From a virus, in the IMG/VR virus record IMGVR_UViG_3300009104_001476: a stretch of DNA of 64,000 nt, one strand, 5' to 3'. The notes under the pieces are model-generated. The model saw only the letters and a program-made list of their open reading frames with translations. It was not told the origin of the DNA and ran no database searches. This document shows positions 49,280-58,207 of the stretch, piece after piece. Position numbers and translations under genes: made by a program. Each line of letters begins with the position of its first letter. The first letter of the stretch is position 1.

Positions 49280-50182
49280 ATGCCTATAGAAGCAAAACAA
49301 CAGATTGATGAGGGCTACGACTTCACCGCCAAACAGGTTGAAGTACCCCATCCAATCACCGGAAAAAAATCCGGTTATTACATGAACATCCGTGAAGACA
49401 CGGGCGACATCATGGGGTGGACTACTGACCGTTACGGTCTGGTTAATCACCGTGACATAGTAGGGTTTGCAGACAATGCGTTTGCTGACCGTGGTATCGA
49501 GGTTAATCGTAAAGTTTACGTGACCGAAAACGGTGCGAAGTGCCGTGCGGTTTATGACCTTATCGGTTCGGAATATCAAGCGGAAGTTCCCCAAGTCGGT
49601 GACATTATGGGCTATCGTTTGACTGCTCAAAACTCGCTTGACCGTAGTCTTCGGATGGCTTATTCGTTAGGCTTAAAGCGTCTGGCTTGTTTGAATGGCA
49701 TGACCACAACCGAGTCGGAAGTGGAAATGACAAAGAAACATTCTTTGAATGTTAACTTGAACGAGGTGCTTTCTCCAAAAGCCTTGGATACTGCTCTTGC
49801 CAAGATGAAGCAGAGCCTGACTGTTTACGGTCGGTTGTCGCAGTCGGAAGTTTCTCAAGAGCAAGGAATCATTATCCTTCAGAACCTAGCAAATGCCAAG
49901 GTGTTTTCTGAAAAGGTGCGTGAGTCTATCGCTCAAGTTTGGAACGGCCAACCAGAGGGACTTGGCAGAGGTGGAGATGCCGATAAGAGTCGGAACCTTT
50001 ACAACCTTAACAATGCCGTCACGGAGCATTTGACCTATGAGGTTGCGGATACTCGTTTCGAGTATGCAAATCGTGTGACCTCTCAAGTCTTAAAGAGGTT
50101 CGACAAGGCGACTCGGAACCAAAAAGTTTTGGAGAAACTTTGGACTCCCGCCAAAAATGATCAAATAGTGATTACTGAGTAG
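49280..50182 (+). CDS. DUF932 family protein
   Basis: DRYGLVNH, NSLDRS, RLACLNGM, NLYNLNNAVTE. Confidence 0.75.
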   Translation: MPIEAKQQIDEGYDFTAKQVEVPHPITGKKSGYYMNIREDTGDIMGWTTDRYGLVNHRDIVGFADNAFADRGIEVNRKVYVTENGAKCRAVYDLIGSEYQAEVPQVGDIMGYRLTAQNSLDRSLRMAYSLGLKRLACLNGMTTTESEVEMTKKHSLNVNLNEVLSPKALDTALAKMKQSLTVYGRLSQSEVSQEQGIIILQNLANAKVFSEKVRESIAQVWNGQPEGLGRGGDADKSRNLYNLNNAVTEHLTYEVADTRFEYANRVTSQVLKRFDKATRNQKVLEKLWTPAKNDQIVITE

Positions 50183-50194
50183 GCTACCCAACCG

Positions 50195-50234
50195 ATCCCC
50201 TCGCTGCGTTAATCGTGGCGGGGGGATTTTTTTT
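50195..50234 (+). terminator. rho-independent terminator
   Basis: ATCCCCTCGCTGCG/CGTGGCGGGGGGAT + T-run. Confidence 0.85.
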
Positions 50235-50303
50235 GCCCGTTTAAATAATAACTATTAAATAACGATTATTAAATAGACCCGAAAAAATAATAACACCAAA
50301 TAA

Positions 50304-50344
50304 GCACTTGGCACGGATCTTGCAGCCTGATTTTTAACTAGTGG
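50304..50344. repeat. 41-bp palindromic element, copy 2 (left half is a consensus sigma54 site TGGCACGGATCTTGCA)
   Basis: GCACTTGGCACGGATCTTGC-A-GCCTGATTTTTAACTAGTGG. Confidence 0.9.
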
Positions 50345-50407
50345 TCAAGCGAAAAAAAAAGAAAAAAAATGCTTGCATGAGTCTTAACCATCCCTATAAT
50401 TAAGAAC

Positions 50408-50587
50408 ATGAGCAAAACATACGGAACCTATCAAGCAAGAAACGCTGTCAAAGCAGCACAAGTCACCAACCATATCAAAGCACAGAAAAAGATTGGCGTA
50501 ACTCACGAGGAAGCTAAGGCTGAAGCCTATCGGATCTTCAACATCAAGGCAGCATTACCAATCTTAACCCGTCACTTCTTACTTTAG
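50408..50587 (+). CDS. small hypothetical protein (59 aa), leaderless
   Basis: Manual translation MSKTYGTYQARN...; promoter 50373-50400. Confidence 0.65.
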   Translation: MSKTYGTYQARNAVKAAQVTNHIKAQKKIGVTHEEAKAEAYRIFNIKAALPILTRHFLL

Positions 50588-50626
50588 GGGTTGACACGAG
50601 GCTAACTTTCGCTATAATTAAGGAAG

Positions 50627-50818
50627 ATGAAAATTAAAGGAATCAGAAACGGTTCGTTATATTATAACGAAGGAACCCAACGAGTAGAACGTGTTCGTAG
50701 TAAAGCGAATAGTCAATCAGTTTTCACCACTGTCCATAACAAAGCGTTGGCTGTGGTTCCGGCTAAATCTTTGAATTTGGCTAGTGGAGAACAGATTGCA
50801 AGCTACTTGCAATCATAA
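50627..50818 (+). CDS. hypothetical protein, leaderless
   Basis: Promoter TTGACA 50591/TATAAT 50613. Confidence 0.7.
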   Translation: MKIKGIRNGSLYYNEGTQRVERVRSKANSQSVFTTVHNKALAVVPAKSLNLASGEQIASYLQS

Positions 50819-50901
50819 ACATAACCCTCTCGCCCTTTCTTTACTTTTGGGTGAGAGGGTTTTTACTTGTTAAGAATATAACTATCATTATAATTGGAAC
50901 T

Positions 50902-51474
50902 ATGAAAGAAACACTTAAAGATTTAGGGAATACCGCTTTGGATATTCTGTTAACCCTTATTTTAACTTTGCTTGCCTTGCATATGCTTTTGTTTGCTGCT
51001 GTGTCAGTAGCATCAGCGCAAGAGCTAACGCCCGACCAAACAGTTGTCGCAAAGACTATTCTTGGCGAAGCGCGTGGAGAAGGTAAGGCGGGTATGTATG
51101 CCGTTGCTTGTGTCATAGCGCAACGAGCAATTCTGCGGAACAAAACTCCAAAAGAAGTTTGCAAACAGCCTTCGCAATTTTCTTTTTGGGTTAAAGATAA
51201 AAAAACTACCCTTGACGACAGGAATAGAGCAACGGTTGAGCGGCTTATGAAGCACGATATCGAATCAGTGCGTTACGCTAAAGCTTTGGCTATTCATGTA
51301 ATGAAAGTAGATCGTTCTTATACTGACCACGCAGACCACTATTGCGCGACAAGAGTTAGTCCTTACTGGGTAAGAGGGAGGACACCTGTAAGAATCATAG
51401 GCAATCATAAATTCTTTAGAATTAACTCCAGAGTTTTTGGAATAACAAAATCTTCTGTCTTGACTCAACCTTAA
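50902..51474 (+). CDS. SleB/Hydrolase_2 cell-wall hydrolase
   Basis: TILGEARGEG..GMYAVACVI, QPSQFSFW, IGNHKF; N-terminal signal/TM. Confidence 0.88.
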   Translation: MKETLKDLGNTALDILLTLILTLLALHMLLFAAVSVASAQELTPDQTVVAKTILGEARGEGKAGMYAVACVIAQRAILRNKTPKEVCKQPSQFSFWVKDKKTTLDDRNRATVERLMKHDIESVRYAKALAIHVMKVDRSYTDHADHYCATRVSPYWVRGRTPVRIIGNHKFFRINSRVFGITKSSVLTQP

Positions 51475-51496
51475 CCATCATTATAATTAAGAAACA

Positions 51497-51826
51497 ATGA
51501 AGGCAATCATAGAAATCGAATTAGGCAACTCATCATTTGGCAACAACGATGCTGAAAGACTATTTGAGATGCGAAACGTCATTGAAAGACTAATGGACAA
51601 CGCTGACCGTATTATGGCAGCAGACGTTGGAGACTTCACAACCGCGCAAGACGCTAACGGTAACACGGTCGCTAGAATGGACATCGTAGAAGGTGGCAGG
51701 ACACCAAAGATGTACGGTCTGGAAAATCAAGCACCTGATCAGCAACTGAACGTAGACCCCGCAGACAAGTATCAAGAGATGCGGAATGAAAACTGGGCAG
51801 ACTCAAACGTCAGCGACCCATACTAA
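51497..51826 (+). CDS. hypothetical protein, leaderless
   Basis: Promoter 51460-51487. Confidence 0.7.
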   Translation: MKAIIEIELGNSSFGNNDAERLFEMRNVIERLMDNADRIMAADVGDFTTAQDANGNTVARMDIVEGGRTPKMYGLENQAPDQQLNVDPADKYQEMRNENWADSNVSDPY

Positions 51827-52061
51827 AATTATGAGCGACTATTGGACCGGACTTGTTAACTATAAACCAAAAAAGAAAATGACTGATAAAGAATCAAAGC
51901 AATTAGATATCTGTCTTGCGTTGTTGGCAATGGCATCCGCAAAGGGAGCGCACCCCACGGATATGCTTAACGCATTCACCTTTGATATGAATCTAATAAG
52001 GAACGGGGAAGATCCTACTGAAACTCAAAAACTAATTGAGTAATTTCTGATATAAAAACTT

Positions 52062-52102
52062 GCACTTTATGTAAATCGGGCCGCACGATTCGTGCCAAGT
52101 GC
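52062..52102. repeat. 41-bp palindromic element, copy 3
   Basis: GCACTTTATGTAAATCGGGC-C-GCACGATTCGTGCCAAGTGC. Confidence 0.95.
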
Positions 52103-52123
52103 AAGTAAAGTTTTCGAAAAAAG

Positions 52124-52132
52124 TTATTCACA
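52124..52132 (+). promoter_or_regulatory. DnaA-box match TTATTCACA
   Basis: Between element 3 and TTGACA promoter at 52138. Confidence 0.55.
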
Positions 52133-52173
52133 ATGCCTTGACAGGAGGGCGTTTCTGTGTTATATTTATTTCA

Positions 52174-52320
52174 ATGAAAGTGAGAAGGAAAAGAAAACGC
52201 AGAGCAAGAGCGAGAGTGAACCGCGAAGGCTTTATGAATAGCGCAACCCGTGAACATCGCGTGAAGAAGGGTAAAGGCTCTTTTAGGCGTAGAAAAAAAC
52301 ATCAAAAAAAATTCGATTAG
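52174..52320 (+). CDS. arfA: ArfA-like alternative ribosome-rescue factor
   Basis: REHRVKKGKGSFRRRKKH vs ArfA KKGKGSYxRKGKH; 48 aa, leaderless. Confidence 0.65.
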   Translation: MKVRRKRKRRARARVNREGFMNSATREHRVKKGKGSFRRRKKHQKKFD

Positions 52321-52375
52321 GGCTTGCATTGTCCTGCTCGACCTGTCATAATCCTATCCAGAAAGTAAATCAATT

Positions 52376-52816
52376 ATGTATAACAACCACACAAACACAA
52401 AACTAGAGTATCAAGACTTCAGCACTAAAATCATCGTTGCCATCACTGGCGCACCTGAAGATGTGGAAGCTGATTTCTGGGGATTCTTCAACACCAACGC
52501 CACCGATGCGGGATTGCATCATTTTGGCGAGGCGCGTATTCATTGGCTAACACCTACCACCGCGCAATTTTACACAACCCGTGAGCGTTTGCTTGCTGGT
52601 ATGGAATTGCGAGCTTTGAACAAACTTCTAAACGAGTCTGCCGATGGTTACAAAGGCACAAAAGGCGGTGCGTTGGCAGATGCTAAACAAATGGCGCAAG
52701 AGTGGTTTGACTCGATGGAACGTGTCACGGACATCATCAAAAAGAATGTGCGAGAGACTACTTACGGCATGGGAACCATCTCGGCCGAAAAGCCTGACAG
52801 CGATTATAGTGCTTGA
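52376..52816 (+). CDS. hypothetical protein
   Basis: ORF track; promoter TTGCAT..CATAAT upstream. Confidence 0.7.
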   Translation: MYNNHTNTKLEYQDFSTKIIVAITGAPEDVEADFWGFFNTNATDAGLHHFGEARIHWLTPTTAQFYTTRERLLAGMELRALNKLLNESADGYKGTKGGALADAKQMAQEWFDSMERVTDIIKKNVRETTYGMGTISAEKPDSDYSA

Positions 52817-52848
52817 ATCAATCTTAACTATCTGTATAATTAACAAAG

Positions 52849-53592
52849 ATGAACGACCTATTAAAATTTGGAGATCCGAACTCCAAGCTAAAGAAAATGA
52901 TTCGGAAGCTTGGGCTTAAACTAAAAACCTTCACGCTTCCCGCTGGACACACTTGCCCCGGAGCAAAAGACTGTTTATCAAAAGCAGATCCTGAAACCGG
53001 AAAGATTCAAGACGGGCCAGATACGGAGTGGCGATGCTTTGCCGCTAGTGCAGAGGCAACGTATCCGTCATTGCGTAAAATGGTTTGGCATAACTTCGAC
53101 TTGCTAAAGCAAGCTTTGAAATTAGACCAAGAGGCAGGATTTGAGAACTGCCCACACACTACCGATTTAATCAATCGGAGCTTGCCCAAAAAGTTTGACA
53201 TCATGCGTGTCCACGTTGGCGGGGATTTCTTTTCAAAGCGTTACTTGCAAGCGTGGGTTGACGTTGCAAGGCAAAACCCTGACAAGGTTTTTTATGCCTA
53301 CTCGAAAAGTCTTAATTTCTTTTTGGAATGGGCGTTGCCTTCTAACCTTGTCTTGACTGCCTCGCGTGGTGGCAAGCATGATGAATTGATTGACGTTGCC
53401 GGTTGGAAAGAAGCTGTTGTTGTTTACAGTGAGCAAGAAGCAATCGACAAAGGTTTAGAAATCGACCACGACGACACACACGCAGCGTTTGGAAAAGAAA
53501 ACTTTGCGTTGTTAATTCACGGGACACAGCCAGCAGGGAGTATGGCAAGTAAGGCGTTGCAACTTCTTAAACGGGGAAAGGTTGCCGCGTGA
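52849..53592 (+). CDS. GP88-like phage protein
   Basis: FTLPAGHTCPGAKDC, CFAA, RVHVGGDF, FYAYSKS, DHDD. Confidence 0.8.
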   Translation: MNDLLKFGDPNSKLKKMIRKLGLKLKTFTLPAGHTCPGAKDCLSKADPETGKIQDGPDTEWRCFAASAEATYPSLRKMVWHNFDLLKQALKLDQEAGFENCPHTTDLINRSLPKKFDIMRVHVGGDFFSKRYLQAWVDVARQNPDKVFYAYSKSLNFFLEWALPSNLVLTASRGGKHDELIDVAGWKEAVVVYSEQEAIDKGLEIDHDDTHAAFGKENFALLIHGTQPAGSMASKALQLLKRGKVAA

Positions 53593-53706
53593 GCTTAGAA
53601 GTAATATTTATAATTGCCTTTTTAATATTTCTTTTCCAGCTACAAAAATGAAAATCCGAATAACAAACAAAGGCCCGCCCTAAAATTTTTCTTAAAAAAA
53701 GCTTGA

Positions 53707-53747
53707 CCACTCGCCAAAAATCGGGCAGCACGATTCGTGCCAAGTGC
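53707..53747. repeat. 41-bp palindromic element, copy 4
   Basis: CCACTCGCCAAAAATCGGGC-A-GCACGATTCGTGCCAAGTGC. Confidence 0.95.
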
Positions 53748-53890
53748 TCAAAGCTAGGTGGGACATTGGCTGTCCACCCACTTAAATTATTTTTCAGACC
53801 GCTATTTGAGCCCACAAAAACAGGGTTATTCTGCACCATTTTTTTTTGCGTATCACTTGCATTATTCGTAAAAGTGGAGTATATTAAGGT

Positions 53891-54169
53891 ATGTTAAACA
53901 AAGAACTAACAGTAGAACAAGAAGCTCAACTCCTACTCAACCAAGAGATTGAGGTAACAAGCTCACGCATCATGCAGCTTTGGGGTAAGCGTGGAATCGT
54001 TGAGGCTGTCATGGCAGATGGTCGTACGTTAGACATTAAGCTAGCTGATGGCAAGAGCGTTTTCCTAGATGTCACCTTTGTGGGTGAAGTGCGGGAAGGC
54101 ATAGCGTTTGCCAAGCAAGAACAGTCTCTTGGCCCAATCGCTAACAGCGTAGTGAAAAGCACTCTTTAG
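53891..54169 (+). CDS. hypothetical protein, leaderless
   Basis: TTGCAT-N17-TATATT upstream. Confidence 0.65.
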   Translation: MLNKELTVEQEAQLLLNQEIEVTSSRIMQLWGKRGIVEAVMADGRTLDIKLADGKSVFLDVTFVGEVREGIAFAKQEQSLGPIANSVVKSTL

Positions 54170-54206
54170 GCTTTACAGGCATTTAACTATCCCTATAATT
54201 ATAACA

Positions 54207-54467
54207 ATGATGAACGAACTAGACCAATTCAAAGAAGATACCGCGATGCGCCTGTTTGGGCGTAGTCGTCGCCTTGCCATCGCTGGCAACCAATGCGTTA
54301 AGTGTGGCGCACACGATCTTGAGTTCCGTGACGAACTCAGCAGCAAGGAGCATGGCATCTCCGGTTTCTGCCAGTCCTGTCAGGACGACATCTTTGGCCC
54401 CAGCGATGAGGAGAAAGAGGAGGTTCTTGGAATCACTCACCAAATGTTTGGAGGTGAAGAATGTTAG
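54207..54467 (+). CDS. small zinc-finger-like protein
   Basis: CVKC...FRDELS..E..ISGFCQSCQD. Confidence 0.7.
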   Translation: MMNELDQFKEDTAMRLFGRSRRLAIAGNQCVKCGAHDLEFRDELSSKEHGISGFCQSCQDDIFGPSDEEKEEVLGITHQMFGGEEC

Positions 54468-55018
54468 ACATCACTGACAAAAAAGCTGTAAGAAAAACTT
54501 TCCGCCGTGATGTTTACCGCAATCTTCATTTCAGAGATGAGGTTGTCTATTCTGTGCGTAAAGATGGTCTGGTTGAGGGTCACGCCCTTTGTTATGTAAT
54601 GGATGGCGTTACCTTTCACGTTGGGCCTAAAGGCAACCAGCGTGTGCGTGATGAGGAGCGTAAAAACGTTCACGCTGTTATTCGCGGGCACGTTATCAAT
54701 GCCGTTTGGTATGATGAGGATGAGATGGAATGGGCCAAGAGTGCTGCCCAACAATTGGCTGAGATAGAAATGTGTGGTGTGCCTGTGAGTCGTAACACGA
54801 ATGTAAGTGACTTGGATGATCCGCGCGCGTGGGAGCCTATGTATAAATGGGTAGAGGTTAAGTATAACCCTTATAAGTTCAAGAGCTTTGTCAGCCCTGT
54901 TTATTTGCCATTTGGTTCCGAGGAGCCAGAATTCAGACCCATCTTTGAGGCTCGTAAGGTTGTTATTTACAGCGAGGACAACAAGAGCAAAGTCATGGCA
55001 ATGGTTCCAATTATTTAA
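54461..55018 (+). CDS. conserved hypothetical phage protein
   Basis: VYRNLH...RKNVHAVIRG...YNPYK. Confidence 0.75.
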   Translation: MLDITDKKAVRKTFRRDVYRNLHFRDEVVYSVRKDGLVEGHALCYVMDGVTFHVGPKGNQRVRDEERKNVHAVIRGHVINAVWYDEDEMEWAKSAAQQLAEIEMCGVPVSRNTNVSDLDDPRAWEPMYKWVEVKYNPYKFKSFVSPVYLPFGSEEPEFRPIFEARKVVIYSEDNKSKVMAMVPII

Positions 55019-55059
55019 CTTGCCCTTCTTAACTAATTCAACGAAACCTTATTCTGTAT

Positions 55060-55308
55060 ATGAAAAATTCAAAGAAAACTGATAAAATCCTGAACGAACT
55101 CCGTCGTCAGGGATGCACGATTAAAGAGAAGAAAAACAATGTGATGATTATTCCTCCTGATTCGAATGTGGAAGCTTACACTGTCCATAGAAGTGACAGA
55201 CACGTTGGAGCATTGATTGACCATTGCTTGAAAAGATATAGCCACCTTTTGAATTTCAAGAAGCTGGCAAAGTATCACAAGAGATTTCAAAACGGAGCGA
55301 AGGACTAA
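55060..55308 (+). CDS. HicA-like dsRBD-fold protein
   Basis: LNELRRQGCTIKEKKNNVMIIPP...YTVH. Confidence 0.45.
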   Translation: MKNSKKTDKILNELRRQGCTIKEKKNNVMIIPPDSNVEAYTVHRSDRHVGALIDHCLKRYSHLLNFKKLAKYHKRFQNGAKD

Positions 55309-55312
55309 ACAC

Positions 55313-55340
55313 GAGCGGCGCGAGCCGCTTTTTATTTTTT
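55313..55340 (+). terminator. rho-independent terminator
   Basis: AGCGGC-GCGA-GCCGCT + T-run. Confidence 0.85.
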
Positions 55341-55344
55341 ACTT

Positions 55345-55385
55345 GCACTTGGCACGAATCCGGCAGCACGATTCATGCCAAGTGC
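55345..55385. repeat. 41-bp palindromic element, copy 5
   Basis: GCACTTGGCACGAATCCGGC-A-GCACGATTCATGCCAAGTGC. Confidence 0.95.
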
Positions 55386-55388
55386 TAT

Positions 55389-55397
55389 TGTGAATAA
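55389..55397 (-). promoter_or_regulatory. DnaA-box match TTATTCACA
   Basis: TGTGAATAA on + strand, 3 bp after element 5. Confidence 0.55.
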
Positions 55398-55424
55398 CTT
55401 TCTGAAAAAAATGCCTTCCAGCCC

Positions 55425-55453
55425 TTGACAAACGGTCGTTTGTGTGTTATATT
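55425..55453 (+). promoter_or_regulatory. representative TTGACA-N17-TATATT/TATACT promoter with GTGT extended -10
   Basis: Same layout at 52138, 56947, 57302, 58547 (weaker 53857). Confidence 0.8.
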
Positions 55454-55461
55454 TATACAAG

Positions 55462-55902
55462 ATGAACGAAGAAAGACTAAAACCACTTTTTGATTTAGAC
55501 GGAACCCTAATCCGTGAGGATCGTGACAGCGATCGCCTTTTTGATTTCTTTCGCCCTCACGCTATCCTCGCACTAACAGAAGATGATTTAACTCCTCTCG
55601 GCGTACTCGTTAGAGACTCTGGAAAAGAATTTGATATCCTTACAGCGAGAGGCCATAAAAACGCAGAATTTGTTCGCATCGCTCTTACTGCTCTCGGATT
55701 CAATGTAAACAAGATCGTCACCGTTGGAGTAGACATTAACTCTCCAGAAGACATGGATAACGTCAGCAGCAAAAGAGTAGCGGAAAGGAAAATCAGAATC
55801 GCCAAATTTGTTCAAAGAAAATTAGTTGACAATGACGAACGGAATCTGGTAGGATTGGGCGAGTTAGGAGAATTAGTAAGCCAAGATCAAAAGGAATTTT
55901 AA
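55462..55902 (+). CDS. HAD-superfamily hydrolase
   Basis: LFDLDGTL, LTARG, VDND. Confidence 0.7.
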   Translation: MNEERLKPLFDLDGTLIREDRDSDRLFDFFRPHAILALTEDDLTPLGVLVRDSGKEFDILTARGHKNAEFVRIALTALGFNVNKIVTVGVDINSPEDMDNVSSKRVAERKIRIAKFVQRKLVDNDERNLVGLGELGELVSQDQKEF

Positions 55903-55904
55903 TT

Positions 55905-56138
55905 ATGATAAAGAACGGAAAAGAACAAAACGTAGTACCCACCACACGCAAACAAAACCTTGCTGCTGCCAAGGCTTGTGACGACCACTATGAGGCTTGC
56001 AGCTTGTTTCGGGCGTTGCAGTACGCCAACAACATGGGAACAGGTGAGGATGACTTTGACGAATTGGCAGAGCATTTCATCAACAAGCAAGGGCTTACGG
56101 ACTACTGCGAAAACGGATTTAAGAAAGTTAATCGGTAG
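55905..56138 (+). CDS. hypothetical protein
   Basis: ORF track. Confidence 0.6.
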   Translation: MIKNGKEQNVVPTTRKQNLAAAKACDDHYEACSLFRALQYANNMGTGEDDFDELAEHFINKQGLTDYCENGFKKVNR

Positions 56139-56179
56139 GACTACGGATGTCCTACCCCCTGTGGTATACTATACGTATG
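56134..56179 (+). promoter_or_regulatory. inverted-repeat promoter, copy A
   Basis: GGTAGGAC-TACGGAT-GTCCTACC-N8-TATACT-N6-ATG. Confidence 0.8.
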
Positions 56180-56347
56180 AAAATGATTATGAAAGACATA
56201 GAACTAAACGAAAACGGAAACGCCGTGGTAGACGGCACAGAGTATGAAGTGCGTGGATTTGACCACGAAGGACAAGAGGCGATCGTGATTCACGAATTGG
56301 ATTTGATTTCTTACGACGAAGGCGATAACTGGGAGGAAATGGAATAG
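56177..56347 (+). CDS. small acidic protein, leaderless
   Basis: MKMIMKDIELNENG... Confidence 0.65.
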   Translation: MKMIMKDIELNENGNAVVDGTEYEVRGFDHEGQEAIVIHELDLISYDEGDNWEEME

Positions 56348-56350
56348 ATT

Positions 56351-56614
56351 ATGACATTTAACGATTTGAAATTTAGCGACATATCTGAAACGCATGGAGA
56401 AGATGCAATTCAGGCGTATGTGGAATTGCCGAATGGTTATGATGTTTCCGTGGTGAAGCATCGGTTTTCATACGGTGGCGAAAAAGGTATGTATGAGATT
56501 GGTTGCTTCTTTAACAATCACATGGTTGATCCTGCTGACTGGGGTGATACCGTCAAGGGTTGGTTGAATGAAAGTGATGTAGAAGATTGGATAAATGTGA
56601 TTAAAAAATTATGA
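56351..56614 (+). CDS. conserved hypothetical phage protein
   Basis: PNGYDVSVV...SYGGEKGMYEI. Confidence 0.75.
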   Translation: MTFNDLKFSDISETHGEDAIQAYVELPNGYDVSVVKHRFSYGGEKGMYEIGCFFNNHMVDPADWGDTVKGWLNESDVEDWINVIKKL

Positions 56615-56858
56615 GAGAATTAGATTCCATTATGTTTATTGTTTTCTTTTTAATGCTTTGCGCTATTGGCGTTTTTGTTATAGGCGTAGCGCATGACGCT
56701 TACATTGTTTGGTATATAAACAATTAAAATGAATATTTCAACAAACAAAAAAACAGGCACGACTACAATCGTAATTTCTTCTAAATTAAAAGAGAAATTT
56801 TATAGTATTCTTATAGCTTTTGCTTTGGGGTTAATTATCGGTTGGATATTTTAGGCTT

Positions 56859-56899
56859 GCACTTGGCACGAATCCGGCTGCCCGATTTATGCCAAGTGG
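56859..56899. repeat. 41-bp palindromic element, copy 6
   Basis: GCACTTGGCACGAATCCGGC-T-GCCCGATTTATGCCAAGTGG. Confidence 0.95.
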
Positions 56900-56981
56900 T
56901 CAAGAACTTCTTAACAGGGAGAGAATAACTTTCTTTATTTAAAGGGTTGACAAATGGGCGTTTGCGTGTTATATTTATACC

Positions 56982-57293
56982 ATGAAGATGATACTGAAAG
57001 CTGCCCGCAACGCAAGCCGCCGCACTCGTAACCGTGTCCGTGAGCACGGGCCCGTGTTCGAGGACGTTACCCGTCAACATACTGGGCGTAACTTGGGCAG
57101 GGGAGTGGTGGATGGTATGGACTGTGTATTGGTGCGTGCTGGTAGCTGGTTTGGCTGGCTACCCATAGATGAGATTGAGCGCACCACTGAGGGTGGGGTT
57201 AAGTTCTGCTGGCCATTAGATGAGGATGGTGACTTAGGTAGCGCAGGGTGGCTATGCTTAAACCATCAGGCATGGCTTAAAGAGCGTGAATAA
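56982..57293 (+). CDS. hypothetical protein, leaderless
   Basis: TTGACA 56947-N17-TATATT-N6-ATG. Confidence 0.7.
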   Translation: MKMILKAARNASRRTRNRVREHGPVFEDVTRQHTGRNLGRGVVDGMDCVLVRAGSWFGWLPIDEIERTTEGGVKFCWPLDEDGDLGSAGWLCLNHQAWLKERE

Positions 57294-57336
57294 CTTACCC
57301 CTTGACAAGCACCCCTATGTGTGTTATATTCTTACC

Positions 57337-57579
57337 ATGATGAATGACATGAGCAACACCACCAACCACGACGCGCGTATCTCCTGCGAGGAGGCCTTCA
57401 CTGAGGACATGGGCCCTGCCCATTGGGCTAATGAACCTGAGCAGCCCACCCACAAGGAGGTAGCTGGTGTGTGTGAGGATGCCCCTTGCTGTGGGTGCTG
57501 TGGTGACAGCATGGACGATGGCTATGGCACGTATGCTGATGATGCGTGGCATGATGCCAACGAGTACCCTGACTGGTAG
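57337..57579 (+). CDS. small acidic protein with CEDAPCCGCCG motif
   Basis: Leaderless promoter at 57302; Cys cluster. Confidence 0.7.
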   Translation: MMNDMSNTTNHDARISCEEAFTEDMGPAHWANEPEQPTHKEVAGVCEDAPCCGCCGDSMDDGYGTYADDAWHDANEYPDW

Positions 57580-57583
57580 GGTA

Positions 57584-57624
57584 GCACTTGGCACGAATCG
57601 TGCAGCCAGATCGGGGCCAAGTGG
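57584..57624. repeat. 41-bp palindromic element, copy 7
   Basis: GCACTTGGCACGAATCGTGC-A-GCCAGATCGGGGCCAAGTGG. Confidence 0.95.
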
Positions 57625-57638
57625 TCAAGAACTTTCTT

Positions 57639-57914
57639 TTATTCTTTCTCGTCTTCCCAGTAGTAGCCTTCCGGTGGCATGATCTCGTTAAGGGTTGTAC
57701 CTGTTGCCTTGCTCACTATGTATGGCTTAAGCTCTGCCATGTCTACCATACCCCATTCTTTAGCGAAGCCCATTACATAGCCGAAGCTCAAGCCGTAGCT
57801 GTCTTCTTCTTCTAGGTAATACTCCCAACCATTACGCAGGATGATGTGTTGAGCCACAGCGAAAGGCTCTTTCGTGTCTTCATTGTTCGAGTTGATGATA
57901 TTTCTTGTTTTCAT
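57639..57914 (-). CDS. hypothetical protein (DUF2958-like?)
   Basis: GWEYY...FGYVMGFAKEWGMVDMAEL. Confidence 0.65.
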   Translation of the reverse strand: MKTRNIINSNNEDTKEPFAVAQHIILRNGWEYYLEEEDSYGLSFGYVMGFAKEWGMVDMAELKPYIVSKATGTTLNEIMPPEGYYWEDEKE

Positions 57915-57921
57915 AATTCAA

Positions 57922-58164
57922 TTACCTTTCAACACCAAGCTCTTTGTGGAGCTTGTTAATCTTATTAGTAGTGTGATTCCAAATCACTTTCATATCATTG
58001 GTGCGGTAAATCGCAGCACTACCAACACCGCCAAAGTGTTTACCATGAATTCTGACTTCAACGTCATTAACTTCAATTTGTGTCACAACGTCAAAGCGCG
58101 TGATGTTCTCAGCAATAAATTCTTGCTCTTCTTTATTTAGTTCTATGTTTTTCATATTCTTCAT
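57922..58164 (-). CDS. hypothetical protein, leaderless
   Basis: MKNMKNIELNKEE..., driven by IR-promoter copy B. Confidence 0.7.
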   Translation of the reverse strand: MKNMKNIELNKEEQEFIAENITRFDVVTQIEVNDVEVRIHGKHFGGVGSAAIYRTNDMKVIWNHTTNKINKLHKELGVER

Positions 58165-58207
58165 GCGTCTAGTATACCATACAGGGTGGGACATCCGTAG
58201 TCCTACC
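58162..58207 (-). promoter_or_regulatory. inverted-repeat promoter, copy B
   Basis: GGTAGGAC-TACGGAT-GTCCCACC-N8-TATACT-N6-ATG on - strand. Confidence 0.8.
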
